A DNA stretch of 62,485 bases, the filler included. It is 7 parts of 7 records of this genome, joined end to end, with 100 filler letters (N's around TTAATTAATTAA, not from the genome) between each part and the next. Parts side by side here need not be neighbours in the genome. Positions count along the whole stretch, not along the records: positions 45,759 to 57,360 come from SRR20825010_6459; positions 57,461 to 62,485 come from SRR20825010_6477; 5 more parts are not named here. One strand, given 5' to 3'. Shown in pieces: positions 50,415-60,033 of this stretch. The notes beneath the pieces were generated by a model. That model searched no databases. It saw only the letters and a list, made by a program, of their open reading frames with translations, and was not told the DNA's origin. Every line of letters starts with the position of its first letter. The first letter of the stretch is position 1. Both the position numbers and the translations under genes were made by a program.

Positions 50415-52493
50415 ATGCGATTATTTTCAACGTTCAATTTGCTGATCACCTTACTAATACTTGCTTCCTGCAACTCAGGACCCAAGAAAGAAGGTGACTT
50501 CAAGATTTTGCCAAGCCCTACCTCAGTAGAAATATCAGGGATTTCTGGTTTGTTAGCCTCCAATATTGAGGATCTAGTGGATCAGGCAAAAGCGGATTTT
50601 ATATCGGGTAAAGCCCTTGAAGGTTCTAAGAATAAGTCTTTGACTTTTAGTCTAGATACGAATTCTGACCTGAAGGCAGAAGCATATACACTTGATATTT
50701 CTGTAGATCAGATAGCCATCAAGGCTAGTACAAAGGAAGGTCTTTGGTATGGAGTGATTACGCTTGGGCAGCTCGTGCAGGATGCGCTGGATCAAGATGC
50801 TGCATTGCCTTTGATCTCTGTGAGAGATGAGCCAGCACTGAAGTACCGTTCTGTGCAACTCGATGTGAAGCATCATTTGGAAAAGCAGGACTATTACTAC
50901 GAGCTGATGGATCGCTTGGCGGACATGAAAATCAACGGTATAATCTTGGAAATTGAAGATAAGTTAGCTTTCGAAAAGCAACCAAAAGTGGGTTCTTCGG
51001 ACGCTTGGTCTATTGCAGAATGGAAAAAACTGAGTGATTATGCCATGGCTAGAAACATCAGAATTTCTCCTTTGGTGCAAGGACTAGGACACGCTTCATT
51101 TATTTTGAAACATGAGGAATACAAAGATCTTCGTGATGATCCAGAAAGCGATTGGGCATTTAATCCTCTGGATGAGCGCACCTACGAAGTTCAATTTGAT
51201 TTGTACTCGGATGCATTAGCCGCTTTTCCTCATGCACAATACCTGCATGTGGGAGGGGATGAAGTTCATACAACTGGAAGAGGAAGCGGAAAATCAGCGT
51301 TGGAATTGCAGCTGACCTGGTTGAATAGAGTGAGTGCATATGCAGAAGAGCATGGAGTGACACCTATTTTCTGGGATGATATGCCACTGCAAAATGCAGG
51401 AGTATATGGATCAATTTTCAACAGAAAATTGACAGAAGCGCAGGTAGATAGCATCTGGACGGTGAACGAGCCTAACCTGAATAAATATGTGGATTTGTTC
51501 CCGAAAAATTGCGTGTACATGCGATGGAACTACAGCATGCCTGAGACGCCTGGGAATAATCGCGCGATGAAATGGTTTACTGATCATGGTTTCCAAGTGA
51601 TGGGAGCTACAGCTGGTCAAACACGCTGGAATCTTATGCCACTAGAAGAGAGTAATACGGCTAACATTCGGGATTTCGCTTTGATTTCCATTGAAAACAA
51701 AGCAGACGGGTTACTACTGACACTCTGGGATGATGATTCTCCGCATTTCGAATTGTATGGAAGAGGCATAGCGATTTTTGCAGAATACACCTGGTCAGGC
51801 CGAAAGAGGACGTCTGAAGAACTACATACTGCTTATAGACAGCGAACTTTTGGGTCGGAATTGGCCTCAGCTGACTTTTCATTTATCAATGATTTGGAAG
51901 GTCCAGTAGCCTTTTGGAAAAATGCTTTACTGGATAAAAAGGATCGAAATCAACTGAGAAGAATGGACAATCCAATTCAGGATGCAGTTTTGACTTTGCC
52001 AGAGGCAAATTCTCCTGGAGAATGGACGGAAAGAAATAAAGAGAAACTGGCTAAAGCCAAGGAAAATCAGGTGAAGGTTGATTCCGTTTTGTATAAAATT
52101 GAAGCTTCTAAAAAGGTAGCTGTTAGAAACAGCTATACGCTTGAAGTCTATGAGCAAGTGGCTAAAGTGACTCAGTTTTCAAATAAATCCCTGTTACTAC
52201 TTGCAGAGTGGGATCTGTCCAAAACGGCTGAGGAAAGAGAAGCTGCCAAAGAAAAGCTTCTGAATTTAGAAGGCGAGTGGAAGTCTCAGTTGGTGGAATT
52301 GGAGAAAGTATATGGTAAAACCCGAGAGCTGAACAAGCCAGATGACTATATTTTGGATCAGGATCATCATGCTCATTTAGCCAATCAGGCACTTAAATTT
52401 TCGGACTGGCAATTCTATGTGGAGGATCTATTTCTTCAAAAAATCAAGGAAGGAAATAGCCTGAATATGAGTGGAGATGTGAAGAATAAATAA
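50415..52493 (+). CDS. GH20-like glycoside hydrolase lipoprotein
   Basis: lipobox LASC, EAYTL, DEP...YR, PLVQGLGH, HVGGDE, WDDM. Confidence 0.85.
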   Translation: MRLFSTFNLLITLLILASCNSGPKKEGDFKILPSPTSVEISGISGLLASNIEDLVDQAKADFISGKALEGSKNKSLTFSLDTNSDLKAEAYTLDISVDQIAIKASTKEGLWYGVITLGQLVQDALDQDAALPLISVRDEPALKYRSVQLDVKHHLEKQDYYYELMDRLADMKINGIILEIEDKLAFEKQPKVGSSDAWSIAEWKKLSDYAMARNIRISPLVQGLGHASFILKHEEYKDLRDDPESDWAFNPLDERTYEVQFDLYSDALAAFPHAQYLHVGGDEVHTTGRGSGKSALELQLTWLNRVSAYAEEHGVTPIFWDDMPLQNAGVYGSIFNRKLTEAQVDSIWTVNEPNLNKYVDLFPKNCVYMRWNYSMPETPGNNRAMKWFTDHGFQVMGATAGQTRWNLMPLEESNTANIRDFALISIENKADGLLLTLWDDDSPHFELYGRGIAIFAEYTWSGRKRTSEELHTAYRQRTFGSELASADFSFINDLEGPVAFWKNALLDKKDRNQLRRMDNPIQDAVLTLPEANSPGEWTERNKEKLAKAKENQVKVDSVLYKIEASKKVAVRNSYTLEVYEQVAKVTQFSNKSLLLLAEWDLSKTAEEREAAKEKLLNLEGEWKSQLVELEKVYGKTRELNKPDDYILDQDHHAHLANQALKFSDWQFYVEDLFLQKIKEGNSLNMSGDVKNK

Positions 52494-52503
52494 GGTAGCA
52501 TGT

Positions 52504-52534
52504 GACCTTTGAGGTTTTTAGAACCTCGAAGGTC
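52504..52534. repeat. palindromic REP-like element
   Basis: gacctttgaggtt-tttag-aacctcgaaggtc. Confidence 0.55.
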
Positions 52535-52585
52535 TTATATACTGCACTTTTCTAACCACCAAAACCACGAAGTTTGTCAATGAAG

Positions 52586-52620
52586 GAAGTCCTGTTTCTC
52601 CAGAAGCAGGACTTCTTTTT
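52586..52620 (+). terminator. rho-independent terminator
   Basis: gaagtcctgtttct-cc-agaagcaggacttc followed by ttttt. Confidence 0.75.
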
Positions 52621-52819
52621 GATAGCTGAACATACCTTTCATTAAGTTCTAAACTAGGAGGAAACTTCATTTACCACATGTTCCGATTGAAGGAAGTAAG
52701 CTTAAATCCATTCCTTTCTATAGACGAATTGTCCGTTATGACATAATGAAGCCTGTTATTTACTACTCACAGAACTTTCAGCTAACACCATTTACGATTC
52801 ACTAATTCTCACTGGAAGA

Positions 52820-53296
52820 CTATTCATTAAAGAAAGGCTTCATCTCGTTGTGAATATCCTCTCTGAGGGATTTTAGTCGGGTAGCATACTCTTCCAGTTT
52901 TTTCTCCTGATCCGTTTGTGGAACCCAAGGCTTCACTTTTTTAGGAGATCCATTTTCATCGACCGATACGAAAATGATGATGCAGTGAGTCTTTTTCTCA
53001 AATTCCTTATGCGAAAAATCTCTGGAATACACTTCCACCATGATGTGTATACTAGAACTTCCTGTATAAATCACAGAGCAATCTACCTTGATTACCTCAC
53101 CAATATTGATGGGTTTGTAGAACCGAATACCACCCACATAGACAGTCACGCAGTAGCTTTCCGACCATGTTCTGGCGCAAGTGTAAGCAGCCTGATCTAT
53201 CCATTTCATCACGACTCCTCCGTGTACTTTGCCACCGAAATTGATGTCCGATGGTTCGCTGATAAACTGAAAGGAGGTTTTGTGTGAGGTATCCAT
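52820..53296 (-). CDS. acyl-CoA thioesterase (hotdog fold, YciA-like)
   Basis: PSDINFGGKVHGGVVMKWID, FVSVDENG. Confidence 0.93.
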   Translation of the reverse strand: MDTSHKTSFQFISEPSDINFGGKVHGGVVMKWIDQAAYTCARTWSESYCVTVYVGGIRFYKPINIGEVIKVDCSVIYTGSSSIHIMVEVYSRDFSHKEFEKKTHCIIIFVSVDENGSPKKVKPWVPQTDQEKKLEEYATRLKSLREDIHNEMKPFFNE

Positions 53297-53429
53297 AGGT
53301 TTGAGTGGTTTTATAGCTTTGCTAAGCTAAGAGATATTTAGTGTTTTCGGTGGATTCAGGCTGGTCTATTAATCTTGCGGGGAATTTTGTAAGCCAAAGG
53401 TTTCTGGCAGTTGCGCAACTCATATTTGT

Positions 53430-55730
53430 CTACTTCCTACCACTTGCAGTCAAAGCAAATGTCTTATTTGTTTGCCCATCGATTAACTCGTTGAGAACCC
53501 AGGTATTCTTCTTTTCGCCTTCATTCAACCTCCAGTTTTTCTTTGGGTCAGCTAACATTTTTTTCACACTTAGAGGAAAGGCATCAGCGGCACGTGCATC
53601 CTCCCAAGTTCTTATTGTTTTGAAAATAGCATCTTTCTCAGGGCAGCTTTCCACATCTTTTTGGTTCAGGACCAAACTGTATGTGGTTCCAAGTCCAACA
53701 GATATTGCTTGTATGTGCTCATACTGCTCTACTGTTGAGTTTGCGTTTATTGGAAAATTGCCTCCCATCCCTATAGGGAAAAAATTGGCGTAGGTAACAT
53801 CCCGAAGATCTTTCCCCTGGCTTGTAGTGCTGCCCCATTCCCTCGTTTCCACATCATATAGATTTTTCCCTCCGCCTACATTCCAGATGCTTTGGTAATG
53901 CCATGATCCTTCTGATAAGGTGGCACCAGTAAAACGAATAGTAGGAATGCCTAGGACTTCAGCCCTTTCAAACATTTTGCGGAAAAATCGCTTAGCAGAG
54001 TAATAGCCGTGTCCATTGTTAAATAGAAATTCTTGTCCATCAAAATCATAGTAGCCTAAGCCGTTTATAAAACAGACATCAGCATAGTATTCAGCAATTT
54101 TATCCTGGAGCTGCATATTGGGAATCAACCCATCATAGCCATAATTCAGCGTAACCTGGAGCTTATAAATCGTGTCATTGGATTGATGTTCGGTTGCTGT
54201 GGTTTCCCAATATCCACGTTTTACATTCAAAAGTCGGTAGGGCTTTTCTTGAGAGACTCCAAGATAATAGATCAGCTCTTTGCCGATTTTTATCATGTTG
54301 AGGTTCTCGGCATGTCCTTCCCAACTGGCGATTTCCTCAAGATGGGTTGGGTCATCCACGATAAGAATGGTGTCAGTTTGACTAATGTTGTTCACCAATA
54401 AACGTTTCTGCTGATAACACAAACTGTCATTTGGTAGGGGGCTAGCATCTTTTGTTCCGGGAGCTAGTGCATTGGTTATCGGCGTTCTTCCTATGCTGAT
54501 TCCATGTTTTGCTGCCATCTCCGAAAACTCCTTATGGGATTTGTTTCTAGACGTTAACTGAATGGGCTTTTTCTCAAATTGTTTTCCGTCTAGGTAGCCT
54601 TCATTTCCACGATCGGGCTTTATAAACCCTTGGTCGTACAAACTGATTGCCTTAAAACCCATTCTTGATGTATAAGAAATGATACTATCATTCAAGTTTC
54701 CATTGGTCATCGCATCAGGCACAAAAGCGCTCGGATCTTTCACCCATTTGCCATCAATTGTTGGATAGGGCAAGCCCTCTTTCAAAACAATGTCCTGAAT
54801 CACATCCAGTAAGGCGGAACTGTCTGGGCTACCCCATAAAGCAATAGAAGAACCTATAAAATCCACACCTGCCAAGGGTTGAATTTCCAGATGGTTTGGT
54901 GTATTGGCTGGCATATTGGGAATAAGTGAATAATAAACTTCTCTCTCAAATGTCCTGTCTCTGGAGTGGTAATTAATAGAGATCTGGCCTTTTTCGTCGA
55001 CTAAGGCAGAGTTACCATACATGATTCTGTAGTAGGGCTCTTTATGTGCGTAAAAGGCTACATCACTAATTCCATCTCCGCCAAGGGTGAAAATTTGCCC
55101 CTCATGCAAGGAGTCAGGAAGTGGGTAGATTTCCGGGTCAGGCGAATGAATTATGTACTGAAAAGGTGCTGCATCAGCGATAGTTTCAGAAGTGCCTCCA
55201 ATCGTATTGTCATCGAGCGCAAGCATACCAATAGCATAATTGACTACCGCACTTGTGTCTCGTGCAACTCCTATGATTTCTCCAAATAGGTTTGTGATAT
55301 TCGTATGGTATGGTCCCCATTGGATACCATCGATTTCATTTCGTGGACTAAGAGACTCTAGGGTGAATTTCAGGTATTTCTCTTGCGTCGCTAAGAGGAC
55401 TTGAGCAACTGAACCATTGGAATAGCTTAGTGTAATGGAGCGATCTGCTTGATTGAACTTCGCATCAACAGGTTGATAATACATTTTCTTTTTGCCATCG
55501 TAAAGCTGAAGTAATGGTGATGGTTTTTCGAGAGGACTGAATTCCCGATATGGCTTTTTTGAGATGTTTACCATGCTGGTGATATAGCCCTTGGGGTTGA
55601 TTTCAATTTTAAAATAGTCAGTAGAAAAACTGCCCTTATCGTCGTTTGAGCAATTGAAAAGTAAAATTGTGAAAAGTAGCATTAGTATATTTCTTGCTGC
55701 TTTTTTCATGAATAAGGGGGTGAAAATCAT
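53430..55730 (-). CDS. large hypothetical lipoprotein, possibly glycoside-hydrolase-like
   Basis: 766 aa, lipobox LFNC, YYDFDGQE motif; no family firmly recognised. Confidence 0.75.
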   Translation of the reverse strand: MIFTPLFMKKAARNILMLLFTILLFNCSNDDKGSFSTDYFKIEINPKGYITSMVNISKKPYREFSPLEKPSPLLQLYDGKKKMYYQPVDAKFNQADRSITLSYSNGSVAQVLLATQEKYLKFTLESLSPRNEIDGIQWGPYHTNITNLFGEIIGVARDTSAVVNYAIGMLALDDNTIGGTSETIADAAPFQYIIHSPDPEIYPLPDSLHEGQIFTLGGDGISDVAFYAHKEPYYRIMYGNSALVDEKGQISINYHSRDRTFEREVYYSLIPNMPANTPNHLEIQPLAGVDFIGSSIALWGSPDSSALLDVIQDIVLKEGLPYPTIDGKWVKDPSAFVPDAMTNGNLNDSIISYTSRMGFKAISLYDQGFIKPDRGNEGYLDGKQFEKKPIQLTSRNKSHKEFSEMAAKHGISIGRTPITNALAPGTKDASPLPNDSLCYQQKRLLVNNISQTDTILIVDDPTHLEEIASWEGHAENLNMIKIGKELIYYLGVSQEKPYRLLNVKRGYWETTATEHQSNDTIYKLQVTLNYGYDGLIPNMQLQDKIAEYYADVCFINGLGYYDFDGQEFLFNNGHGYYSAKRFFRKMFERAEVLGIPTIRFTGATLSEGSWHYQSIWNVGGGKNLYDVETREWGSTTSQGKDLRDVTYANFFPIGMGGNFPINANSTVEQYEHIQAISVGLGTTYSLVLNQKDVESCPEKDAIFKTIRTWEDARAADAFPLSVKKMLADPKKNWRLNEGEKKNTWVLNELIDGQTNKTFALTASGRK

Positions 55731-55920
55731 GGTATTGAGAAGGGTGTTTTGTAATGTTTTATAATACCTCTACAGGTGCTCAATCAGACTTAAAAATTAC
55801 TTTAAACTATAATAGGCGCTTAGTAAAAGGACTTTTGACTTCGTAAAGTAACCAAAATGAAAATAAAAAAAAGAGTCTACCAATCAGATGTTTTCATTGA
55901 AAATGATAGCTGAGTTGATA

Positions 55921-56178
55921 TCGATCGTGCCGTTGGCACTCTGGGTTAGCTTGTTGATTTTGAATCCCCGAATTTCGCTTCGCTGTATTCGGGGTTAGGA
56001 CTGGGAATGCCGTTGGCATTCGAGGGTGATATTATGAGAGAAAAATTGAACTTGCTGGGAGTTGATGTTCGCTTGTAGAGTGGTAAATATCTTGCCAACG
56101 GCAAGACCAATACTTGCCCAGAATGCAATTCTGGGTCTAAAAGAAGCGTGTTTTTTTAGAGTGCCAAAGGCACGATCG
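55921..56178. repeat. inverted pair of three-hairpin REP-like units
   Basis: unit A 55921-56021 (minus) and unit B 56091-56178 (plus) share tgccaacggca, cc(c/a)gaat..attc and agagtgccaa(c/a)ggcacgatcg. Confidence 0.7.
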
Positions 56179-56196
56179 GTAAGAATCAATCATCGC

Positions 56197-57030
56197 TTAC
56201 CCCAAAATCTTATCAAACAACTGATGCGCTTGTTTCTCGGCTTGGGAAGAAAGAATCTTCTTTTCTGCTTTGAGCTCTTTTACCCAGTCTAGGTACTTCT
56301 TAGATACTTCCTGTTTGGTGCCTAGGAAATGTGTCAAAGACTGTAGCGACAGGTGATTGGAATACCAAGGTTTGAGGTTGTTCTTCAGGATTCCGATTTC
56401 CTCATGTATTCCAGTGATGAAAATAGAGTTGAAACCCATCTGGATCAAGGTGTTTTCCAACATGATGATGGTTCGCAAACCTTCAAAAGTATCCTTCAAG
56501 GCCTTACTGTCCATAGCGCCTTTATGGTCTAGATTGAAAAATTCCAGTTCTTCCTGAATGATCTGATTCACCGCGGTATGGATAGCCAGAGGTTTAATAC
56601 CTCGGCTGGCGGTCATGGCTTTTTGATGAAACTCATCCCAGCTTTTCAGTGTGCTGCCTACGATCAGATCAAAGGCATCGGTGTAAAGTTTTTTCTTGTA
56701 CTTATCCAGATGTATTCGATATCCCCCGTATTTGAAACCTAGTTCTTCTTCGCGATCATTCAGGCTTTTTTCTGCGAGTTTGAAATGATGTATTTTCCGC
56801 AGGCTTCTCTTCATCTCTTTGAAATCCGAGAAGATATTAAAATTCAAGCCTTCGATTTCAAAGTGAACCTTTGCCATCAAATCTGCATAGAGTTCCAGAA
56901 ACTCCATTTTCCCTAGAAGTTCTATTGCTTTCTTGGACTTGATCTGCTTTCCCAAAGCCAAAAACAGTGCTTTAGCCTCTTGGTGCTGCGATTCAAAAAG
57001 CTGAAAGACAGGGGATACTTTTGCCTGCAT
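56197..57030 (-). CDS. hypothetical all-helical protein (possibly CHAD-like)
   Basis: 277-aa basic helical ORF, 3 nt downstream of the Smr gene stop. Confidence 0.7.
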   Translation of the reverse strand: MQAKVSPVFQLFESQHQEAKALFLALGKQIKSKKAIELLGKMEFLELYADLMAKVHFEIEGLNFNIFSDFKEMKRSLRKIHHFKLAEKSLNDREEELGFKYGGYRIHLDKYKKKLYTDAFDLIVGSTLKSWDEFHQKAMTASRGIKPLAIHTAVNQIIQEELEFFNLDHKGAMDSKALKDTFEGLRTIIMLENTLIQMGFNSIFITGIHEEIGILKNNLKPWYSNHLSLQSLTHFLGTKQEVSKKYLDWVKELKAEKKILSSQAEKQAHQLFDKILG

Positions 57031-57033
57031 AGA

Positions 57034-57360
57034 TTAGGAGATTCTGACCAAGGTAGCACCGTAGCCCCATTGATCTTTTTGCGTATCCTGAAAGTACTTA
57101 ATATTTTGGAGTTGACTGAGGCGCTTGTGAATTTCTTTGCGAAGAACGCCATTTCCTATGCCATGGATAAATGTGATTTCATCCATTCCTGAAGCCATCG
57201 CCTGATCCAGATTTCGGTCAAAAGACTCTAGTTGCACACGAAGCATCTCCGAATTGCTCATTCCTTTGGGATCTGTCGCTAGCTTTTCTATATGCAGATC
57301 AATAGATCTGGCAGGTTTAGGAGTTTTTGGAGTTTCAGATTTTGGCCTGATTTCATCCAG
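57034..57360 (-). CDS. Smr/MutS2-domain protein, 5'-truncated
   Basis: IDLHIE, FIHGIGNGVLR, GYGAT. Confidence 0.9.
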   Translation of the reverse strand: MDEIRPKSETPKTPKPARSIDLHIEKLATDPKGMSNSEMLRVQLESFDRNLDQAMASGMDEITFIHGIGNGVLRKEIHKRLSQLQNIKYFQDTQKDQWGYGATLVRIS

Positions 57361-57460
57361 NNNNNNNNNNNNNNNNNNNNNNNNNNNNNNNNNNNNNNNN
57401 NNNNTTAATTAATTAANNNNNNNNNNNNNNNNNNNNNNNNNNNNNNNNNNNNNNNNNNNN
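57361..57460. other. artificial contig spacer
   Basis: N-TTAATTAATTAA-N. Confidence 0.99.
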
Positions 57461-57625
57461 ACGGGTCGGGAAGACCTTGGTGATACAGGCCGTTTTCAGA
57501 CCCTGTTCGGCCATGCCGAGCGTGGCGCGAAGGCCGGCACCACCGGCTCCGACGACGACGACGTCGAACTTGTGGTCGACATAGGTGTAGGCGCTTCCCG
57601 CCTTCTTTTCTGTTGCCTTTGCCAT
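57461..57625 (-). CDS. sdhA: succinate dehydrogenase flavoprotein, N-terminal fragment
   Basis: [14 protein letters not shown]...TKVFPTR. Confidence 0.96.
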
Positions 57626-57633
57626 AACCGGGT

Positions 57634-58017
57634 TCAGCCTCCGAGGGCGATCTTGACGAGGGCGAGGAGAGAAACGACGCCCAGAATGAGTGTGAAGAAG
57701 ATGTTGCCGATCAGGAGCGCGACCTTGCCGCCCTCACCGTGGATATAATCCTCGATGATGACCTGCATGCCGAGTTTCATGTGGTAGAGCACCGACAGGA
57801 CGGCGAAGGCCAGCAGCACGGTGACGACCGGATTGGCGATGGCCGCGCGAACCTCTTCATAGGAAGCGCCATTGTTGGCGATGACGAAGCCGATGAAGAA
57901 GATGACAAGCGGAATGTTGGCGATGGCCGTGAGGCGCTGACGCCAGAAGTGATCCGTGCCTTCCTTGGCCGAACCGAGACCGCGAACGCGGTTGAGCGGT
58001 GTGCGCATGTCGCTCAT
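57634..58017 (-). CDS. sdhD: succinate dehydrogenase membrane anchor
   Basis: [30 protein letters not shown]. Confidence 0.96.
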   Translation of the reverse strand: MSDMRTPLNRVRGLGSAKEGTDHFWRQRLTAIANIPLVIFFIGFVIANNGASYEEVRAAIANPVVTVLLAFAVLSVLYHMKLGMQVIIEDYIHGEGGKVALLIGNIFFTLILGVVSLLALVKIALGG

Positions 58018-58019
58018 GA

Positions 58020-58427
58020 TCAAAACCCTCCACGGACGGCATAGCCGATGATCCAGACCAGGATGGTCAGCACGATGGAGACGGCGATAGTGGCCTTGGC
58101 CATTTTCGTGGCCGTCGTCTTTTCAAGGCCGCGCCCCGTGTCCCAGACGAGATGGCGAAGCCCGCCGACCAGGTGATGGATCATGGCCCAGGTGAAGCCG
58201 AGCAGGACGAGACGGCCGAACCAGGACCCGTAGATGCCGTTGACGGTGTCGAAGGTTTCCTTCGAGCCGCTAGCGGCGGCAAGCCAGATGACGAAAAGCA
58301 CCATGCCGAAATAAAGCGCGCCACCGGTGATGCGGTGGACGATCGACATAAGCATTGTCGGAATGAGGCGATAGACTTGAAGGTGAGGCGAAAGCGGCCT
58401 TGCCTTTACAGTTGCGGTTTTGCTCAT
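58020..58427 (-). CDS. sdhC: succinate dehydrogenase cytochrome b556 subunit
   Basis: [26 protein letters not shown]. Confidence 0.96.
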   Translation of the reverse strand: MSKTATVKARPLSPHLQVYRLIPTMLMSIVHRITGGALYFGMVLFVIWLAAASGSKETFDTVNGIYGSWFGRLVLLGFTWAMIHHLVGGLRHLVWDTGRGLEKTTATKMAKATIAVSIVLTILVWIIGYAVRGGF

Positions 58428-58656
58428 GGCTTCCCCAATTCGATACCGGCGCGGCGGGGTGGCTGTTGCGAGAGCGACATCGGGTCCCGAACTCGCGCCC
58501 TGCGGCTGTGGCTTTCTAATGCGGTTTTTGCAGTGCGTCAAAGCCGCAAAAGCAATCCTTTGGCCGAATATATTGCAGCGCGCGCGCAGGACGACCGGCA
58601 TTGTGCGACTTCAAACGATTGAAGGCATTTTTTTGCCTGTCGACACGGCGGCCCTT

Positions 58657-59022
58657 CTATCTGCGACAGGTAATTGGCACCTTGCCGCTAACCATCCACA
58701 GCGCCTCGCTACCCTCGATCACAACAGCGTAAAGCGACTCGCCGTAGCGGACGCTTTGCCCCGGCGGCGACGCCGGCAAATCCAGCTCCAGCCCCCGAGG
58801 GCTGACCACGGATATACCGCCACGCCTCGGGGAAATCGTCATCTCCATACCGTCATCGCAGGCCAGCTTGACCGGTCCTGAAAAAGCAAGTCCGGTGGCC
58901 TTGTTCGCCTCCTGAGAGGATGGCGCGACACAACCAGCCAACCCAGGCACAGATGCGGTGAGCAGGAAACCGAGCATGCCGAACTGGCACGTCCGCCATG
59001 AAGGCAGTCCTGAAAACGTCAT
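58657..59022 (-). CDS. small lipoprotein, possibly MliC/PliC-like
   Basis: lipobox LAGC, two further Cys, SVRY motif; start uncertain (59022 or 58977). Confidence 0.6.
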   Translation of the reverse strand: MTFSGLPSWRTCQFGMLGFLLTASVPGLAGCVAPSSQEANKATGLAFSGPVKLACDDGMEMTISPRRGGISVVSPRGLELDLPASPPGQSVRYGESLYAVVIEGSEALWMVSGKVPITCRR

Positions 59023-59032
59023 TGGGAAGCCT

Positions 59033-59524
59033 CTATTGCGGATCTGAAGCCGGCATACGTTCGCTGGACTGCTCAAAACGGATGACATGTGTAGTCCAGT
59101 CTGCCGGGGCCGCCATCGCCTCGTAAAGCTTGCGCCCTTCTTCCGGCTGGCGCGGCGCATTGAGCGCCAGGCGCGCCCAGCCGCGCTCTTCGGCCTGATC
59201 GGCAATAACATCGACCAGTGCCTTGCCGATACCCTTGCGGCGGTGATCGTGATGTACGAAGAGATGGTCGACCAGGCCATGACGCATGCCGGAAACCGGA
59301 TCCGGCAGATCGTAGAACAGCGCGAACCCGACCAGGACGCCGTCGAGACTGGCACCGACCACCTCCACGGCGCGATCCTGCAACAGCGTTTCGGCGTAGT
59401 ATTCGTCGGGACGACGCGGCGCACCGCGCTTCAGCGACTGGGTGTAGGCTGCCAGCAGGGGCGCCAGAGCATGCGCATCCCTGAGACGCAGCGGATTGAT
59501 ATCGATCTGATGATTCTCGCCCAT
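59033..59524 (-). CDS. GNAT-family N-acetyltransferase
   Basis: LFVHHDHRRKGIGKAL, KLYE. Confidence 0.9.
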   Translation of the reverse strand: MGENHQIDINPLRLRDAHALAPLLAAYTQSLKRGAPRRPDEYYAETLLQDRAVEVVGASLDGVLVGFALFYDLPDPVSGMRHGLVDHLFVHHDHRRKGIGKALVDVIADQAEERGWARLALNAPRQPEEGRKLYEAMAAPADWTTHVIRFEQSSERMPASDPQ

Positions 59525-59596
59525 GGAGCACCCTTCCCCGAAATTAACCACGTCTGTCAATCGGCATGTTCATAAAGCATGCTCCGCGTGACAAAG

Positions 59597-59612
59597 GTTA
59601 AGAAAGGATTAA
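59597..59612. promoter_or_regulatory. CtrA-binding consensus
   Basis: GTTAA-gaaagga-TTAA is an exact TTAA-N7-TTAAC match on the minus strand, in an alphaproteobacterial divergent intergenic region. Confidence 0.65.
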
Positions 59613-59622
59613 TGTACGGAGA

Positions 59623-60024
59623 ATGAGGAGGCCACGAGGATTCAAGGAGCGATGGCGCATGCCTTTACGACCTCTATTCGTGGCAGCGGCCCTTGCGGTC
59701 GCAGCGATCACTGTCCCGGCTGTGGCCGGGGGTTTTCATGATGCAGGCGGTGGCCGGGTTTACGCGGATGCCTATGGCAATCTGGTGATCCACAGCCGCG
59801 CCGGCTTCAAACGTATCCTGGTCGGCAAGGGGCACCTGGCCGACGATTACCGCGCGCTTGGCATCGAAGCGCCGCGCCAGACCGCCTATCTGGAACGCAG
59901 CGGCGGGAAGCTCTATCTGCGCCGCGCCGCACCGTGCAGCGCCGGGGCCCTGATCAAGGGCCGCAGCTATATGTACGGCCTGTCCGAGGGCGAGCTCCCG
60001 GTGCTTGTTTCACCCTGCGACTGA
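59623..60024 (+). CDS. hypothetical secreted protein
   Basis: signal peptide, ADAYGNLVI..AGFKRILVG, GRSYMYGL; start may be downstream. Confidence 0.75.
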   Translation: MRRPRGFKERWRMPLRPLFVAAALAVAAITVPAVAGGFHDAGGGRVYADAYGNLVIHSRAGFKRILVGKGHLADDYRALGIEAPRQTAYLERSGGKLYLRRAAPCSAGALIKGRSYMYGLSEGELPVLVSPCD

Positions 60025-60033
60025 CCGCGACCC

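Noticed and set aside
27616-57460. Six identical TTAATTAATTAA motifs inside N-runs, with sharp composition shifts at each
   Set aside because: Artificial contig linkers. Adjacent segments come from different organisms, so no cross-spacer gene context or horizontal-transfer claim is valid, and ORFs running into X residues are truncated.
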